A stretch of 64,000 bases of DNA, taken from positions 16,401 through 80,400 of the forward strand of contig JAZKBD010000011.1 of assembly GCA_040388785.1 (NCBI GenBank). Reading direction: 5' to 3'. The notes under the pieces were generated by a model. That model saw only the letters and a program-made list of their open reading frames with translations. It was not told the origin of the DNA and ran no database searches. Every line of letters starts with the position of its first letter. Position 1 is the first letter of the stretch. A program made the position numbers and the translations under genes. This DNA is from Pseudomonadota bacterium. Its GTDB lineage: Bacteria > Pseudomonadota > Gammaproteobacteria > Xanthomonadales > Rhodanobacteraceae. Below, piece after piece: positions 19,401 to 27,698 of the stretch.

Positions 19401-19909
19401 AACAGATCGCGTCCGCGCGTGAGGTGGCGCGCGAAGGCGAGGCTGCGCGCCAGCGCGGCAGTGATCCAGGAATGTTCCTCGCCGGCGGGAAAGGCATCGT
19501 CCCACGCGAACACCAGGCCGAACACGGGCCAGAGCCGCCACAACACCAGCAGCGCGACCACCAGCGCGACCGCAAGGCCCAGTGTCGCCGCCAGCGACGG
19601 CGCCTGCGACAGCACGGCCAACGGCCACGCCACCAGCAGGAACACAATCGCGGTATGGATCGCCAGCGCGATCAGGTGCGCCGATCCGCGTCGCAGCGCG
19701 GTGCGCAGGAAAGTGGGTTCGCAACCGAAGCCGATCGCATGGCACACCGCCGCCATCGACAGCGATGCGCCGACCAGCAGCAACAGCAACGAGTAGCGTT
19801 CCCACGCGGGGGGAATCCAGATCGCGAGGAACACGGCGATCAGCGAAGGCAGAAAACAAGGCAGGGATCGGGACAGCGGCGGCCGGCGGCGGGGCTTGGT
19901 TTGAGGCAT
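16427..19909 (-). CDS. Large membrane-anchored ankyrin-repeat protein (~1160 aa)
   Basis: Start at ATG 19909 (MPQTKPRRRPP). About 230 N-terminal residues contain roughly 6 hydrophobic helices. A Pro/Ser linker follows, then at least 16 recognisable ANK cores (TPLHHAA, TALMLAC, TPLMEAA, SALLHAA, TPLAVAA, TALHAAA, TALHACA ...) running to the C-terminus. Confidence 0.8.
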   Translation of the reverse strand: MPQTKPRRRPPLSRSLPCFLPSLIAVFLAIWIPPAWERYSLLLLLVGASLSMAAVCHAIGFGCEPTFLRTALRRGSAHLIALAIHTAIVFLLVAWPLAVLSQAPSLAATLGLAVALVVALLVLWRLWPVFGLVFAWDDAFPAGEEHSWITAALARSLAFARHLTRGRDLFLTHFLPASLAQLAIAFGALSLAGIGASLPDEIRTASLFLFAVVVLPLCSLIVADRTLRLLFDGRVRAFTPRPPTPPSSERPPMDDSSRSEETSIAFSDTVRTPETVAANPDAPAQAVLDENLLAAARSGNTAAAMQWLAQGANPDAIPPAGARDQRSALVLAAELPDTHLLRALIAKGADVNRAHAGLTPLLATTRACHAGRPEMVTSLIANGADPARADVDGNTPLHHAALCAEPAVAAILVDAQAPLEARNREQATPLAVAAASANWPVLRFLVEHGAHADAAMPAAAGIADDDPEGVRILLKHKGRATAVDALGRSALLHAARENHVEITRVLLDANADVSLADRYGTTPLMEAARAGAAGVVALLAEKNPDVNACDQHGRTALMLACQSPRANAACVRALLELGADPARKGSDGRSAIDQASTAGRWDLVALMDPDAALPASHARGNEPDPGADTPQHLLDALRFAHWSVVARFEERVRTWPATELAALYLDLADHADAAPRAWLLEHGLLEQGLLEQGLDGEARLDDGSRLFDALLDHLPASIAAVRQLLDAGATPAGAGRFAQALARLDGGEGAALALAMLERGADAFGADADHRTPLHHASRPGMLPVLRALLVRGADPNARDRAGATPLHVALDGKPDEVLPLVKALIAHGADPESPAASGETPLGLALARDATRLEHWLRWNDWALPRRPLRDEDLPAAAADPDAVARLLELGLPVDARDGRGATALLRASGAGALQSVQRLLAAHADPKLTVDTGASSLSAAVSARQPDIARALVAAGVPVDLRHADDVTALMIAAALGYPDMVAVLRELGAQPGLVDARGQTALHAAARFCFDSRDSLRCRRLLDALLQDAAHLNTADRSGATPLLVLLGVHTKPGADCDGTHLGALLPALLDAGANLDHPDEHGVTALHACAMHATFEPARVLLQRGANREARDCMQRTPSDVANVLGYIDLAMELAPRRGVPLNAPVVTPVMTHPST

Positions 19910-20290
19910 GAGGGCATCGGAGGCGGCGGACGGCCCCAGTATAAGGAAGGCGCATTTACGAGAAGTTAGGCAGCGCCGTTGTGCGCGACGGTGTGCAGCA
20001 CGGCCCGCTGCTTTTTGTTCGCGCCGAGCGTAGCGGCTGGAGGCCGCGGAGTCGAAACGCTCGACCGTTGTCCTTCGACTTCGATGCCCTGCGTCTCCGC
20101 CCGGCACGAACGAGTCAATCCGGGCGCCACGCTCGAGTTGCGGACTTGCACGGACTGCGCCGCGGTGCGATAGTCCGCCGTAACGAAATTCATACAAACG
20201 TATGAAAGACCCGAGGCAGGCCGCTTTGCGGGCATGGATTGGGCGCCGTACCCCTTCTTGATGTACAAAAACATTCGACTGGAGATCCAC

Positions 20291-21652
20291 ATGAGCAAGC
20301 ATCCGATCACCGCGCCCAGACTGGCTGGCCTGGCGCTCGCCACCCTGAGTGTCGCCGTCGCCGGCGCGCTGGTCAGTCCGGCGGCCATCGCATCCGGCTT
20401 CCAGATCAGCGAAAACACCGTGCAGGCGATGGGCCGCGCGTACGCCGGGCGCGAAGCCGCCGGCAACGACGCTTCGGTGGTGATGAACAACCCCGCCGCG
20501 ATGGTCGACTTCGACACTTACGCGGTGCAGCTCGATGCGACGGCCATCAACGTCAGCACGCAATTCCACGGTTCAGGCACCGATGCAATCGGGCAACCGC
20601 TGTCGGGCGGCGATGGCGGCAACGGCGGCGGCGTGCACGGCGTGCCGGCGATCAGCTTCATCGCGCCGATCGCGCAGAACTGGCGGCTCGGGTTCGGCAT
20701 CAACGCGCCTTTCGGCTTGGCCACCGAATACGACGCCGGCTGGATGGGCCGCTATCAGGCGCTGAAGACCAGCGTGAAGTCGACGGACTTCACGGGTTCG
20801 ATCGCGTGGGCAATCAGTCCGCAGTTCTCGCTGGGCTTTTCGGTCATCGCGCAAAAGACCACCATCGATCTTGGCAACGCCATCGACATGGGCGCGGTGA
20901 TGGCGGCGCCGCCGTTCAACCTGGCGCCGACCTTCCTGCCGCAGTCGGCGGACGGCGCGGTGCGCATTCGTGGTGACAACTGGAAGTGGAGTTGGGCGGC
21001 CGGCGCGGAATGGAAGCCAACCACGCAGGACACCCTGGCGCTCTCCTACCACGCCAAGATCAATCATGACTTCACCGGCCAGGCCTATTTCACGGTGCCG
21101 GCCAGCGTGCAGTTCGTGCTTTCGCAACCCGGCGTGCCACCGTTGTTCCAGAACACCACGGGCAGCGGCCAGTTCGCCACCCCGGCGACCGCGTCGTTGA
21201 GCTACTGGCACAAGACGATGGGCCCGGTGTCGTGGGGCGCGGAAGTGAGCTGGACCGGCTGGAGTTCGTTCAGTCACCTGGCCATCGATTTCGCCAATCC
21301 CTACCAGCCGAACATCGACCAGTATTACGGCTGGAAGAACACCTGGTTCGGTTCGCTCGGCATGGACTACCGCTTGAGCGATGCGTGGACCTTGCGCGGT
21401 GGCGTGGCTTTCGACCAGACGCCCACCCAGGATTCCACGCGTGATCCGCGTATTCCGGATGGCGCACGCAAGTGGATCTCGCTCGGCGCGGGCTATACGC
21501 CCACGCAGAACCTGACGCTCAATATCGGCTATACGCACCTGTTCGTCGACAACGGCGACGTCAACGACATGAGCGCCACCGGCGACCACCTGGTCGGCAG
21601 CTTCGACAATTCCGGCGATCTGTTCGGCATCTCGATGCAGTACAAGTTCTGA
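20291..21652 (+). CDS. FadL/OmpP1/TodX-family outer-membrane hydrophobic-compound channel
   Basis: Signal peptide, then SGFQISENTVQAMGRAYAGREAAGNDASVVMNNPAAM, the family N-terminal hatch signature. The C-terminus ends ...ISMQYKF. A GGAG Shine-Dalgarno precedes ATG 20291. Confidence 0.85.
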   Translation: MSKHPITAPRLAGLALATLSVAVAGALVSPAAIASGFQISENTVQAMGRAYAGREAAGNDASVVMNNPAAMVDFDTYAVQLDATAINVSTQFHGSGTDAIGQPLSGGDGGNGGGVHGVPAISFIAPIAQNWRLGFGINAPFGLATEYDAGWMGRYQALKTSVKSTDFTGSIAWAISPQFSLGFSVIAQKTTIDLGNAIDMGAVMAAPPFNLAPTFLPQSADGAVRIRGDNWKWSWAAGAEWKPTTQDTLALSYHAKINHDFTGQAYFTVPASVQFVLSQPGVPPLFQNTTGSGQFATPATASLSYWHKTMGPVSWGAEVSWTGWSSFSHLAIDFANPYQPNIDQYYGWKNTWFGSLGMDYRLSDAWTLRGGVAFDQTPTQDSTRDPRIPDGARKWISLGAGYTPTQNLTLNIGYTHLFVDNGDVNDMSATGDHLVGSFDNSGDLFGISMQYKF

Positions 21653-21683
21653 CGCGCCGCTTCAAGGCCGGCGCAGTGACGAG

Positions 21684-21710
21684 AACCCCGCCGCAAGGCG
21701 GGGTTTTTTG
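21684..21710 (+). terminator. Rho-independent terminator after the fadL-family gene
   Basis: aaccccgcc-gcaa-ggcggggtt followed by ttttg. Confidence 0.8.
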
Positions 21711-21908
21711 TTGCGTCCGGAAACGTCCGCAAGGTGTCCGCGGACACCGGGCGTGGCGATTCGCACGCCGCAAGCGCTTGATTGCCGGTGCGTTGTTCGG
21801 GCCACGCGTGTGGCATGCAGGATGCAACCTGGACGCAGGAAGCAACGATTCATGCGACAGCGTCGTTTCGCTCGGCGCAACGCGCTCGACACCTTCGCGG
21901 AAAATGGA

Positions 21909-23225
21909 ATGCTCGGCTATTACCTCGACCTTGCACTGCGCAGCCTGAAACGCAACACGCTGCTGACCGCGCTGATGATCGTGGCGATCGGATTCGGCGT
22001 GGCCGCGTCGATGATCACGTATTCGGTGTTCCGCGCGGTGTCGGGCAATCCGATCCCGGACAAGTCCGCGCAATTGTTCACGCCGCAGATCGACAGTTGG
22101 GGGCCGCAGCAGAGCTTCAATGGCGATGGCGAGCCGCCGCAGGCGCTGGACTACACCGATGCGATGGCGCTGATGCGCGCGCACGCGGCGAAGCGGCAGA
22201 CGCTGTTGTATCCGGTGCAGGTGTCGTTGATGCCGGGGGGCAACCGCAGCCTGCCGCTCAAGGCGAACGGCTACGCGGTATACGGCGATTTCTTCCCGAT
22301 GTTCGAAGTGCCATTCCAATTCGGCAGTGGCTGGGACGCGACGCAGGACGAAAGCCGCGCGCCGGTGATCGTGCTGAGCGAGGAATTCAACAACAAACTG
22401 TTCGGCGACACCAACAGCATCGGACGCGAAATCAATCTTGACGGCCACGACTACCGCGTCGTGGGCGTGACCCGGAACTGGGATCCGGTGCCGCGCTTCT
22501 ACGCCTTGTTCGGCAGCAGCGGATTCGAGGAGCCCGCGGATTTCTACCTGCCATTCACTCGCGCGCTGGATTTGCACATCGACACTGCCGGCAACAACAG
22601 TTGCCGCAAGCCCACCACCATGCGCGGCTGGAATGACTGGCTGCACAGCGACTGCGTGTGGCTCACGCCGTGGGTGGAACTGGACAACGCGAACGACGTC
22701 GCGCGCTACCGCAACTTCCTGGAAGGCTATTCCGCCGACCAGCAACGCGCCGGCCGCTTCGGCTGGACGCCCAACGTGCGCCTGCGCGACGTGACGCAGT
22801 GGATGGCGTACATGCACGTGGTGCCTCCCGAGAGCCGCATCTCACTGATGGTGTCGCTGGGCTTCTTCCTGATCTGCCTGGTCAATACCGTCGGGCTGCT
22901 GCTGGCGAAGTTCATGCGCCGCGCCAGCGAGATCGGCGTGCGTCGAGCATTGGGCGCATCGCGGCGCGAGATCTACATGCAATTCCTCATCGAAGCCGGC
23001 ACCGTCGGCGTGGCGGGCGGCCTGCTGGGATTGCTGCTGACCGCCGTGGGCGTATCGGGCGTCGGCTTGCTGTTCCGCCCCGAGATCGCGCGTCTGGCGC
23101 ACGTGGATTTGTCGCTGGTGATGCTGACGCTGGCGGTCGCGATCGTCGCCACCGTGATTGCGGCGTTCTATCCCACCTGGCGCGCGGCGCACGTGCAGCC
23201 GGCCTGGCATTTGAAAACCAACTGA
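21909..23225 (+). CDS. FtsX/MacB-type ABC transporter permease, type A, copy 1
   Basis: MLGYYLDLALRSLKRNTLLTALMIVAIGFGVAASM forms TM1. A large periplasmic domain follows, then a C-terminal FtsX 3-TM bundle with RRASEIGVRRALGASRREI. An in-frame alternative start at ATG 21852 has an AGGAAG Shine-Dalgarno. Confidence 0.85.
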   Translation: MLGYYLDLALRSLKRNTLLTALMIVAIGFGVAASMITYSVFRAVSGNPIPDKSAQLFTPQIDSWGPQQSFNGDGEPPQALDYTDAMALMRAHAAKRQTLLYPVQVSLMPGGNRSLPLKANGYAVYGDFFPMFEVPFQFGSGWDATQDESRAPVIVLSEEFNNKLFGDTNSIGREINLDGHDYRVVGVTRNWDPVPRFYALFGSSGFEEPADFYLPFTRALDLHIDTAGNNSCRKPTTMRGWNDWLHSDCVWLTPWVELDNANDVARYRNFLEGYSADQQRAGRFGWTPNVRLRDVTQWMAYMHVVPPESRISLMVSLGFFLICLVNTVGLLLAKFMRRASEIGVRRALGASRREIYMQFLIEAGTVGVAGGLLGLLLTAVGVSGVGLLFRPEIARLAHVDLSLVMLTLAVAIVATVIAAFYPTWRAAHVQPAWHLKTN

Positions 23226-23239
23226 AACGGGGCTCGCAC

Positions 23240-24472
23240 ATGCAGATCCAGCCCATCATCGCCGCGCTGCGCCAGCACAAGGCCGGCACCGTGCTGATCG
23301 CGCTGCAGATCGCGCTGACCCTGGCGATCGTGTGCAACGCGCTGTTCATCATCCACCAGCGTCTGTCGCACCTGACCGAGCCCACCGGCATCGACGAAGC
23401 CAACCTGTTCGTGATCGGAAGCCAGTGGGCGGGTCAGCATTCCGAGCAGCAGATCGACGCACAGATGCAGGCCGACCTTGCTGCGCTCCGGCAACTCCCC
23501 GCGGTGCGCGACGTGGCACCCGCCAATTCGTATCCACTGCGTGGCGGGGGCTGGGACAACTTCATCACCATGAAGCCCGACCAAGTGCAGAAGACCACCG
23601 ACGCTTCGGTCTACTTGAGCGACACGCACCTGATCGACACGCTCGGCCTCAGGCTGATCGCCGGGCGCAATTTCCGCACCGACGAAATCGAGCCGATGGG
23701 GATGCGCGAAAACAAGACGCCGGCGGTGGCAATCGTGACCAAGGCACTGGCCGACAAGCTGTATCCCGATGGCTCGGCGCTGGGCAAGACCTTCTACACG
23801 ATGAGCACGACGCCGACCACCATCATCGGCATCGTCGCGCGCCTGCAGCGGCAGGAAACCGACACGTGGTCACGCGATTACGTTTACCAGGCCATGCTGT
23901 GGCCGCGGCGCCTGGACATGTCGTTCGGCACCTACTACATCGTGCGCGCCAAGCCGGGCGAACTGGCGGCCGCGATGCGGGAGGCGCCGAAGGCGCTGTA
24001 CGCGCAGAGCCGGTTGCGCGTCATCGATCCGAAAGACGGCGTGCTGAGTTTCGCCGACATCCGCCATCGCGCCTACGACAGCGACCGCGGCACCGCGATC
24101 CTGATGGGCATCATCTGCACGGTGCTGCTGGTGATCACCGGCGCGGGCATCATCGGGCTTACCAGTTTCTGGGTCGGCCAGCGGCGCAAGCAGATCGGAA
24201 TCCGCCGCGCGCTCGGCGCGACGCGGCACGACATCCTGCGCTACTTCCAGACCGAAAACCTTCTGATCGCCGGCGGCGGCGTGGTGGTGGGCGCGGTTCT
24301 CGCGATCGGCTTGAACCTCTGGATGATGCGGCAACTCGCGACGGACCGCATGCCGCTGCTGTACGTGCTGGCGGGCGTGATCGTGCTGCTGTTGCTGGGG
24401 CAGGGTGCGGTACTGGTGCCGGCGATGCGTGCGTCGCGCGTGTCGCCGGTGGAAGCGACGCGGACCATTTGA
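23240..24472 (+). CDS. FtsX/MacB-type ABC transporter permease, type B, copy 1
   Basis: MQIQPIIAALRQHKAGTVLIALQIALTLAIVCN..., QRRKQIGIRRALGATRHDILRYFQTENLL, ...RASRVSPVEATRTI. It starts 14 nt after the previous stop. Confidence 0.85.
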   Translation: MQIQPIIAALRQHKAGTVLIALQIALTLAIVCNALFIIHQRLSHLTEPTGIDEANLFVIGSQWAGQHSEQQIDAQMQADLAALRQLPAVRDVAPANSYPLRGGGWDNFITMKPDQVQKTTDASVYLSDTHLIDTLGLRLIAGRNFRTDEIEPMGMRENKTPAVAIVTKALADKLYPDGSALGKTFYTMSTTPTTIIGIVARLQRQETDTWSRDYVYQAMLWPRRLDMSFGTYYIVRAKPGELAAAMREAPKALYAQSRLRVIDPKDGVLSFADIRHRAYDSDRGTAILMGIICTVLLVITGAGIIGLTSFWVGQRRKQIGIRRALGATRHDILRYFQTENLLIAGGGVVVGAVLAIGLNLWMMRQLATDRMPLLYVLAGVIVLLLLGQGAVLVPAMRASRVSPVEATRTI

Positions 24473-24480
24473 GGAGACGC

Positions 24481-25794
24481 ATGTTCGCCTACTACTTCGA
24501 CCTCGCGCTGCGCAGCCTGAAGCGCAATCCGGTGCTCACCGCGCTGATGGTGCTGGCGATCGGGCTCGGCATCGGCGCATCGATGACGATGATCACCGTA
24601 CTGCACGTGATGAGCGGCGATCCGCTGCCCGGGCGCAGCGCGAAATTGTTCGTGCCGATGCTCGATCCGCGCACGCCCGACCATGCCCAGAATGCCCATG
24701 CCGGCATCATGGGCACGCCGGACGCGTTCACCTGGGTGGATGCGATGAACCTGCTGCGCGAGCATCGCGCCGACCGGCAGGCCGCGATGAGCTCGGGCTC
24801 GGTCGCCGTCACGCCGGCGGATGCGGGCCAGCATCCGTTCTTCGAGAACGGGCAATACGTGACGGCGGATTTTTTCCCGATGTTCGACGTGCCCTTCAAC
24901 GCTGGCACGGGCTGGACGAATGCGCAGGACGATGCGCGCGCGCGGGTCGTGGTGCTGAACGCCGAACTCGCCCGCAAGCTGTTCGGCGATGCCGGTGCGA
25001 TCGGCAAGCTGGTGCGCCTCGACAACACCGAGTTCCGCGTCATCGGCGTGTTGCGCGACTGGCATCCGCAGCCCGCGTTCTATGCCCAGCACGGCGCGCG
25101 CGTGTTCGGCGGCGCCGACCAGTTCTTCATGCCGCTGCAGACCGCGATGGAATTGCAGCTTTCGTTTCGCGGTCATTTCTCATGCTGGGGTGACGGCAGC
25201 GAGTCGCGCACGAGTGACCAATGCACGTGGCTGCAGTTGTGGGTGGAACTCGACGATCCCGTCAAGGTGTTTGCGTATCGCCGCTATCTCGACAACTACT
25301 GGCACGACCAGCAGGCCCACGGGCGCTTCCCGCGCAAGGATGCGCCGCCGCACCTGTTCGGCCTGATGGCGTGGCTGGCGCATGAACAGATCATTCCGGA
25401 CACGCTGTCGATGCAGCTGTGGCTGGCCGTGGGATTCCTCGCGGTGTGCATGTTGAGCGTGGTGGCGCTGCTGCTCGCCAAGTTCCTGCGCCGCAGTGGC
25501 GAGATCAGCGTGCGCCGCGCGATGGGTGCACGGCGGCGCGACGTGTTCGTGCAGTTCGGCATCGAGTCCGCGTTGATCGGCACGCTCGGCGGCTTGCTGG
25601 GACTGGCCATCGCGCAACTGGGCTTGTGGAGCGTCCGCCAGCGCCCCGACGGCTATGCGCAGCTCGCGCAGATGGATGCGGGCATGCTGATCGGCACGCT
25701 GGCGCTGGCGATCGCCGCGAGTGTGCTGGCCGGCGTGTTGCCGGCATGGCGCGCCTGCCTGGTGCCGCCGGCGCTGCAACTGAAAACCCAATGA
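24481..25794 (+). CDS. FtsX/MacB-type ABC transporter permease, type A, copy 2
   Basis: MFAYYFDLALRSLKRNPVLTALMVLAIGLGIGASM is clearly paralogous to 21909..23225. A GAGGAG Shine-Dalgarno lies at 24471-24476. It starts 8 nt after the previous stop. Confidence 0.85.
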   Translation: MFAYYFDLALRSLKRNPVLTALMVLAIGLGIGASMTMITVLHVMSGDPLPGRSAKLFVPMLDPRTPDHAQNAHAGIMGTPDAFTWVDAMNLLREHRADRQAAMSSGSVAVTPADAGQHPFFENGQYVTADFFPMFDVPFNAGTGWTNAQDDARARVVVLNAELARKLFGDAGAIGKLVRLDNTEFRVIGVLRDWHPQPAFYAQHGARVFGGADQFFMPLQTAMELQLSFRGHFSCWGDGSESRTSDQCTWLQLWVELDDPVKVFAYRRYLDNYWHDQQAHGRFPRKDAPPHLFGLMAWLAHEQIIPDTLSMQLWLAVGFLAVCMLSVVALLLAKFLRRSGEISVRRAMGARRRDVFVQFGIESALIGTLGGLLGLAIAQLGLWSVRQRPDGYAQLAQMDAGMLIGTLALAIAASVLAGVLPAWRACLVPPALQLKTQ

Positions 25795-25798
25795 CGGA

Positions 25799-27022
25799 AT
25801 GGCCATGACCGAATTCAAGCCCATCCTCGCGAGCCTCGGCCGCCACAAACTGATCGCGAGCCTGCTGGCGCTGTTGGTCGCGCTCACCTGCGCCATCGTC
25901 TGCAACGTCGCCTTCATGATCCAGCGGCAGGAGGCGTTGATGAGCCTGCCGAGCGGCGTGGCCGAGGATCAGCTGGTGCTCGTCCAGAGCGCAAGCCTCG
26001 ATCGAACCGCCAACCAGCTCGCGCGGCACGAAACCGATCTCGCCGCATTGCGGATGATTCCTGGCGTCGAGTCGGCCGTGGCCGTCGATGCGCTGCCCTT
26101 CAACGGCAACAACTGGACCAGCAGCGTGCAGACCTCGCCCGATGCACAGGCCTACGCACTCGCGAGCCTGTTCACCGGCACGCGCGGCGAACTGGGCACG
26201 CTCGGATTGAAGCTGGTCGCCGGCCGCGATTTCCGCGAGGACGAGTACATGCCGCTGGACGCCGGTCGCGGCAATGACGGCATTCGTCATGTACCGGCCG
26301 CCATCATCACCAGGGCCCTGGCCGAACGTTTGTTTCCGGGCCAGAATCCGCTGGGCAAATCAATCTATCCGTACGACAACCCGATCCGCATTGTCGGCGT
26401 GGTGGAGCACCTGCTGCGGCCCGACGTGGACGAGGGCGCCGACAACGGCCAGAGCATCCTGTTTCCGCTGCTGCCCGACAGCAACAGTGTCACCTACGTG
26501 CTGCGCACGTCGCCCGGCGAGCGGGCGCGCGTGATGCAGGAGGCGGCGGACACCCTGTATCACCTCGCTCCGGATCGCGTGCTGCGTGATCCGCAGACCT
26601 TCGCGCAGATGCGTGACGATTATTTCCAGCGCCAGCGCGAAATGATCGGTTTGCTGATCGCATCGGTCATCGGGCTGATGTTCGTCACCGCGCTCGGCAT
26701 CACCGGGCTCGCGAATTTCTGGGTGCTGCAGCGCACGCGCACCATCGGCATCCGCCGCGCGGTGGGTGCGACACGCACGGACATCCTGCGCTACTTCCAG
26801 ACCGAGAATTTCCTGATCGTCACGCTCGGCATCGCGCTCGGTGTGCTGCTGGCGGTCGCTCTCAACCTCGTGCTGATGGCGCACTACCAGCTCCCGCGCC
26901 TGCCGCTGTGGTACCTGCCGGTCGGGGCGCTGGCGCTGTGGCTGCTCGGCCAGTTCGCGATACTGGCGCCCGCGTTGCGCGCCTCGCGCGTGCCGCCGGT
27001 GGTGGCGACGCGGAGCGTGTGA
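25799..27022 (+). CDS. FtsX/MacB-type ABC transporter permease, type B, copy 2
   Basis: FKPILASLGRHKLIASLLALLVALTCAIVCN..., QRTRTIGIRRAVGATRTDILRYFQTENFL, ...RASRVPPVVATRSV. Paralogous to 23240..24472. It starts 4 nt after the previous stop. Confidence 0.85.
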   Translation: MAMTEFKPILASLGRHKLIASLLALLVALTCAIVCNVAFMIQRQEALMSLPSGVAEDQLVLVQSASLDRTANQLARHETDLAALRMIPGVESAVAVDALPFNGNNWTSSVQTSPDAQAYALASLFTGTRGELGTLGLKLVAGRDFREDEYMPLDAGRGNDGIRHVPAAIITRALAERLFPGQNPLGKSIYPYDNPIRIVGVVEHLLRPDVDEGADNGQSILFPLLPDSNSVTYVLRTSPGERARVMQEAADTLYHLAPDRVLRDPQTFAQMRDDYFQRQREMIGLLIASVIGLMFVTALGITGLANFWVLQRTRTIGIRRAVGATRTDILRYFQTENFLIVTLGIALGVLLAVALNLVLMAHYQLPRLPLWYLPVGALALWLLGQFAILAPALRASRVPPVVATRSV

Positions 27023-27066
27023 CCCATGGCGCGGTGAAGGGGACGCCTGCCGGCGCCCCGCTCACT

Positions 27067-27525
27067 TCAGGACGTCGGCGGTTGCTGCGGCTGTTGCGGT
27101 TGCTGCGCGCCGAGCTGCGGCGGCATGAACTTCTGGACCTTGGCCCGCACGCTGCTGTCGGTCTGCACCAGGTTGGCGATCTGCACGTAGCGCTTGGGCG
27201 ACAACTGGTGGCTCTCGACCACGGCTTCCATTTTCTTTTCGCCGGACTGCTGCAGTTGCGTGCGCGCGTCCGCTGTCTTTGCTGCGGCGAGTTGTGGCTG
27301 GAGCGAATTCTTGATGTTCTGCACATCCACCACGGCACCCGCGAAGTTCTTCAATTCGGTGTCGCTCGGTGCGGGCCCGGTGTCGGTCTGGGATGCAGCG
27401 GCATTGTCTTGCGATGGGGCCTGCTGCGGCGCGGGCTGGGTTTGCGCCAATGCGGCGGGCGCCAGCATGGCAATCGCGAGTGACACGGCAGCCGCGATGC
27501 CCGTGCGGTTGAGTGATCCGATCAT
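27067..27525 (-). CDS. Periplasmic DUF4168-like protein
   Basis: Signal peptide MIGSLNRTGIAAAVSLAIAMLAPAALA. SDTELKNFAGAVVDVQNIKNSL and LSPKRYVQIANLVQTDSSVRAKVQ resemble the DUF4168 repeat. A GAGGAG Shine-Dalgarno precedes ATG 27525. Confidence 0.6.
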   Translation of the reverse strand: MIGSLNRTGIAAAVSLAIAMLAPAALAQTQPAPQQAPSQDNAAASQTDTGPAPSDTELKNFAGAVVDVQNIKNSLQPQLAAAKTADARTQLQQSGEKKMEAVVESHQLSPKRYVQIANLVQTDSSVRAKVQKFMPPQLGAQQPQQPQQPPTS

Positions 27526-27698
27526 TGCGTTCTCCTCGTAAGCGAAATGCGCGGCGCATGGAAGCGCCGCAATCACCGTAACGAGGCTTGCTACACGCGC
27601 GCAACCCCGCGCCGCGTATCAATTCAGGCGCAAGACGGGTTTCACACGAAATCCGAATACGTCATGAACCCAATGGCAACATTTCCGCGTTGCGGGCA

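Noticed and set aside
16427-20569. Full 1380-aa version of the ankyrin ORF.
   Set aside because: The first 220 codons lack coding character and run into the fadL promoter region and the fadL 5' end on the opposite strand. ATG 19909, followed by basic residues and then TM helices, is the credible start.
27039-27059. GC-rich imperfect hairpin between the convergent permease and DUF4168 genes, as a possible bidirectional terminator.
   Set aside because: The stem is bulged and has no flanking T/A tracts on either strand.
27551-27570. Hairpin gcggcgc-atggaa-gcgccgc between putA and the DUF4168 gene, as a possible putA terminator.
   Set aside because: It has only a 7-bp stem and a weak, interrupted T-tract on the minus strand. 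It sits ~13 nt from the DUF4168 Shine-Dalgarno, so it could equally be a 5'-UTR structure. The evidence is insufficient to call it.
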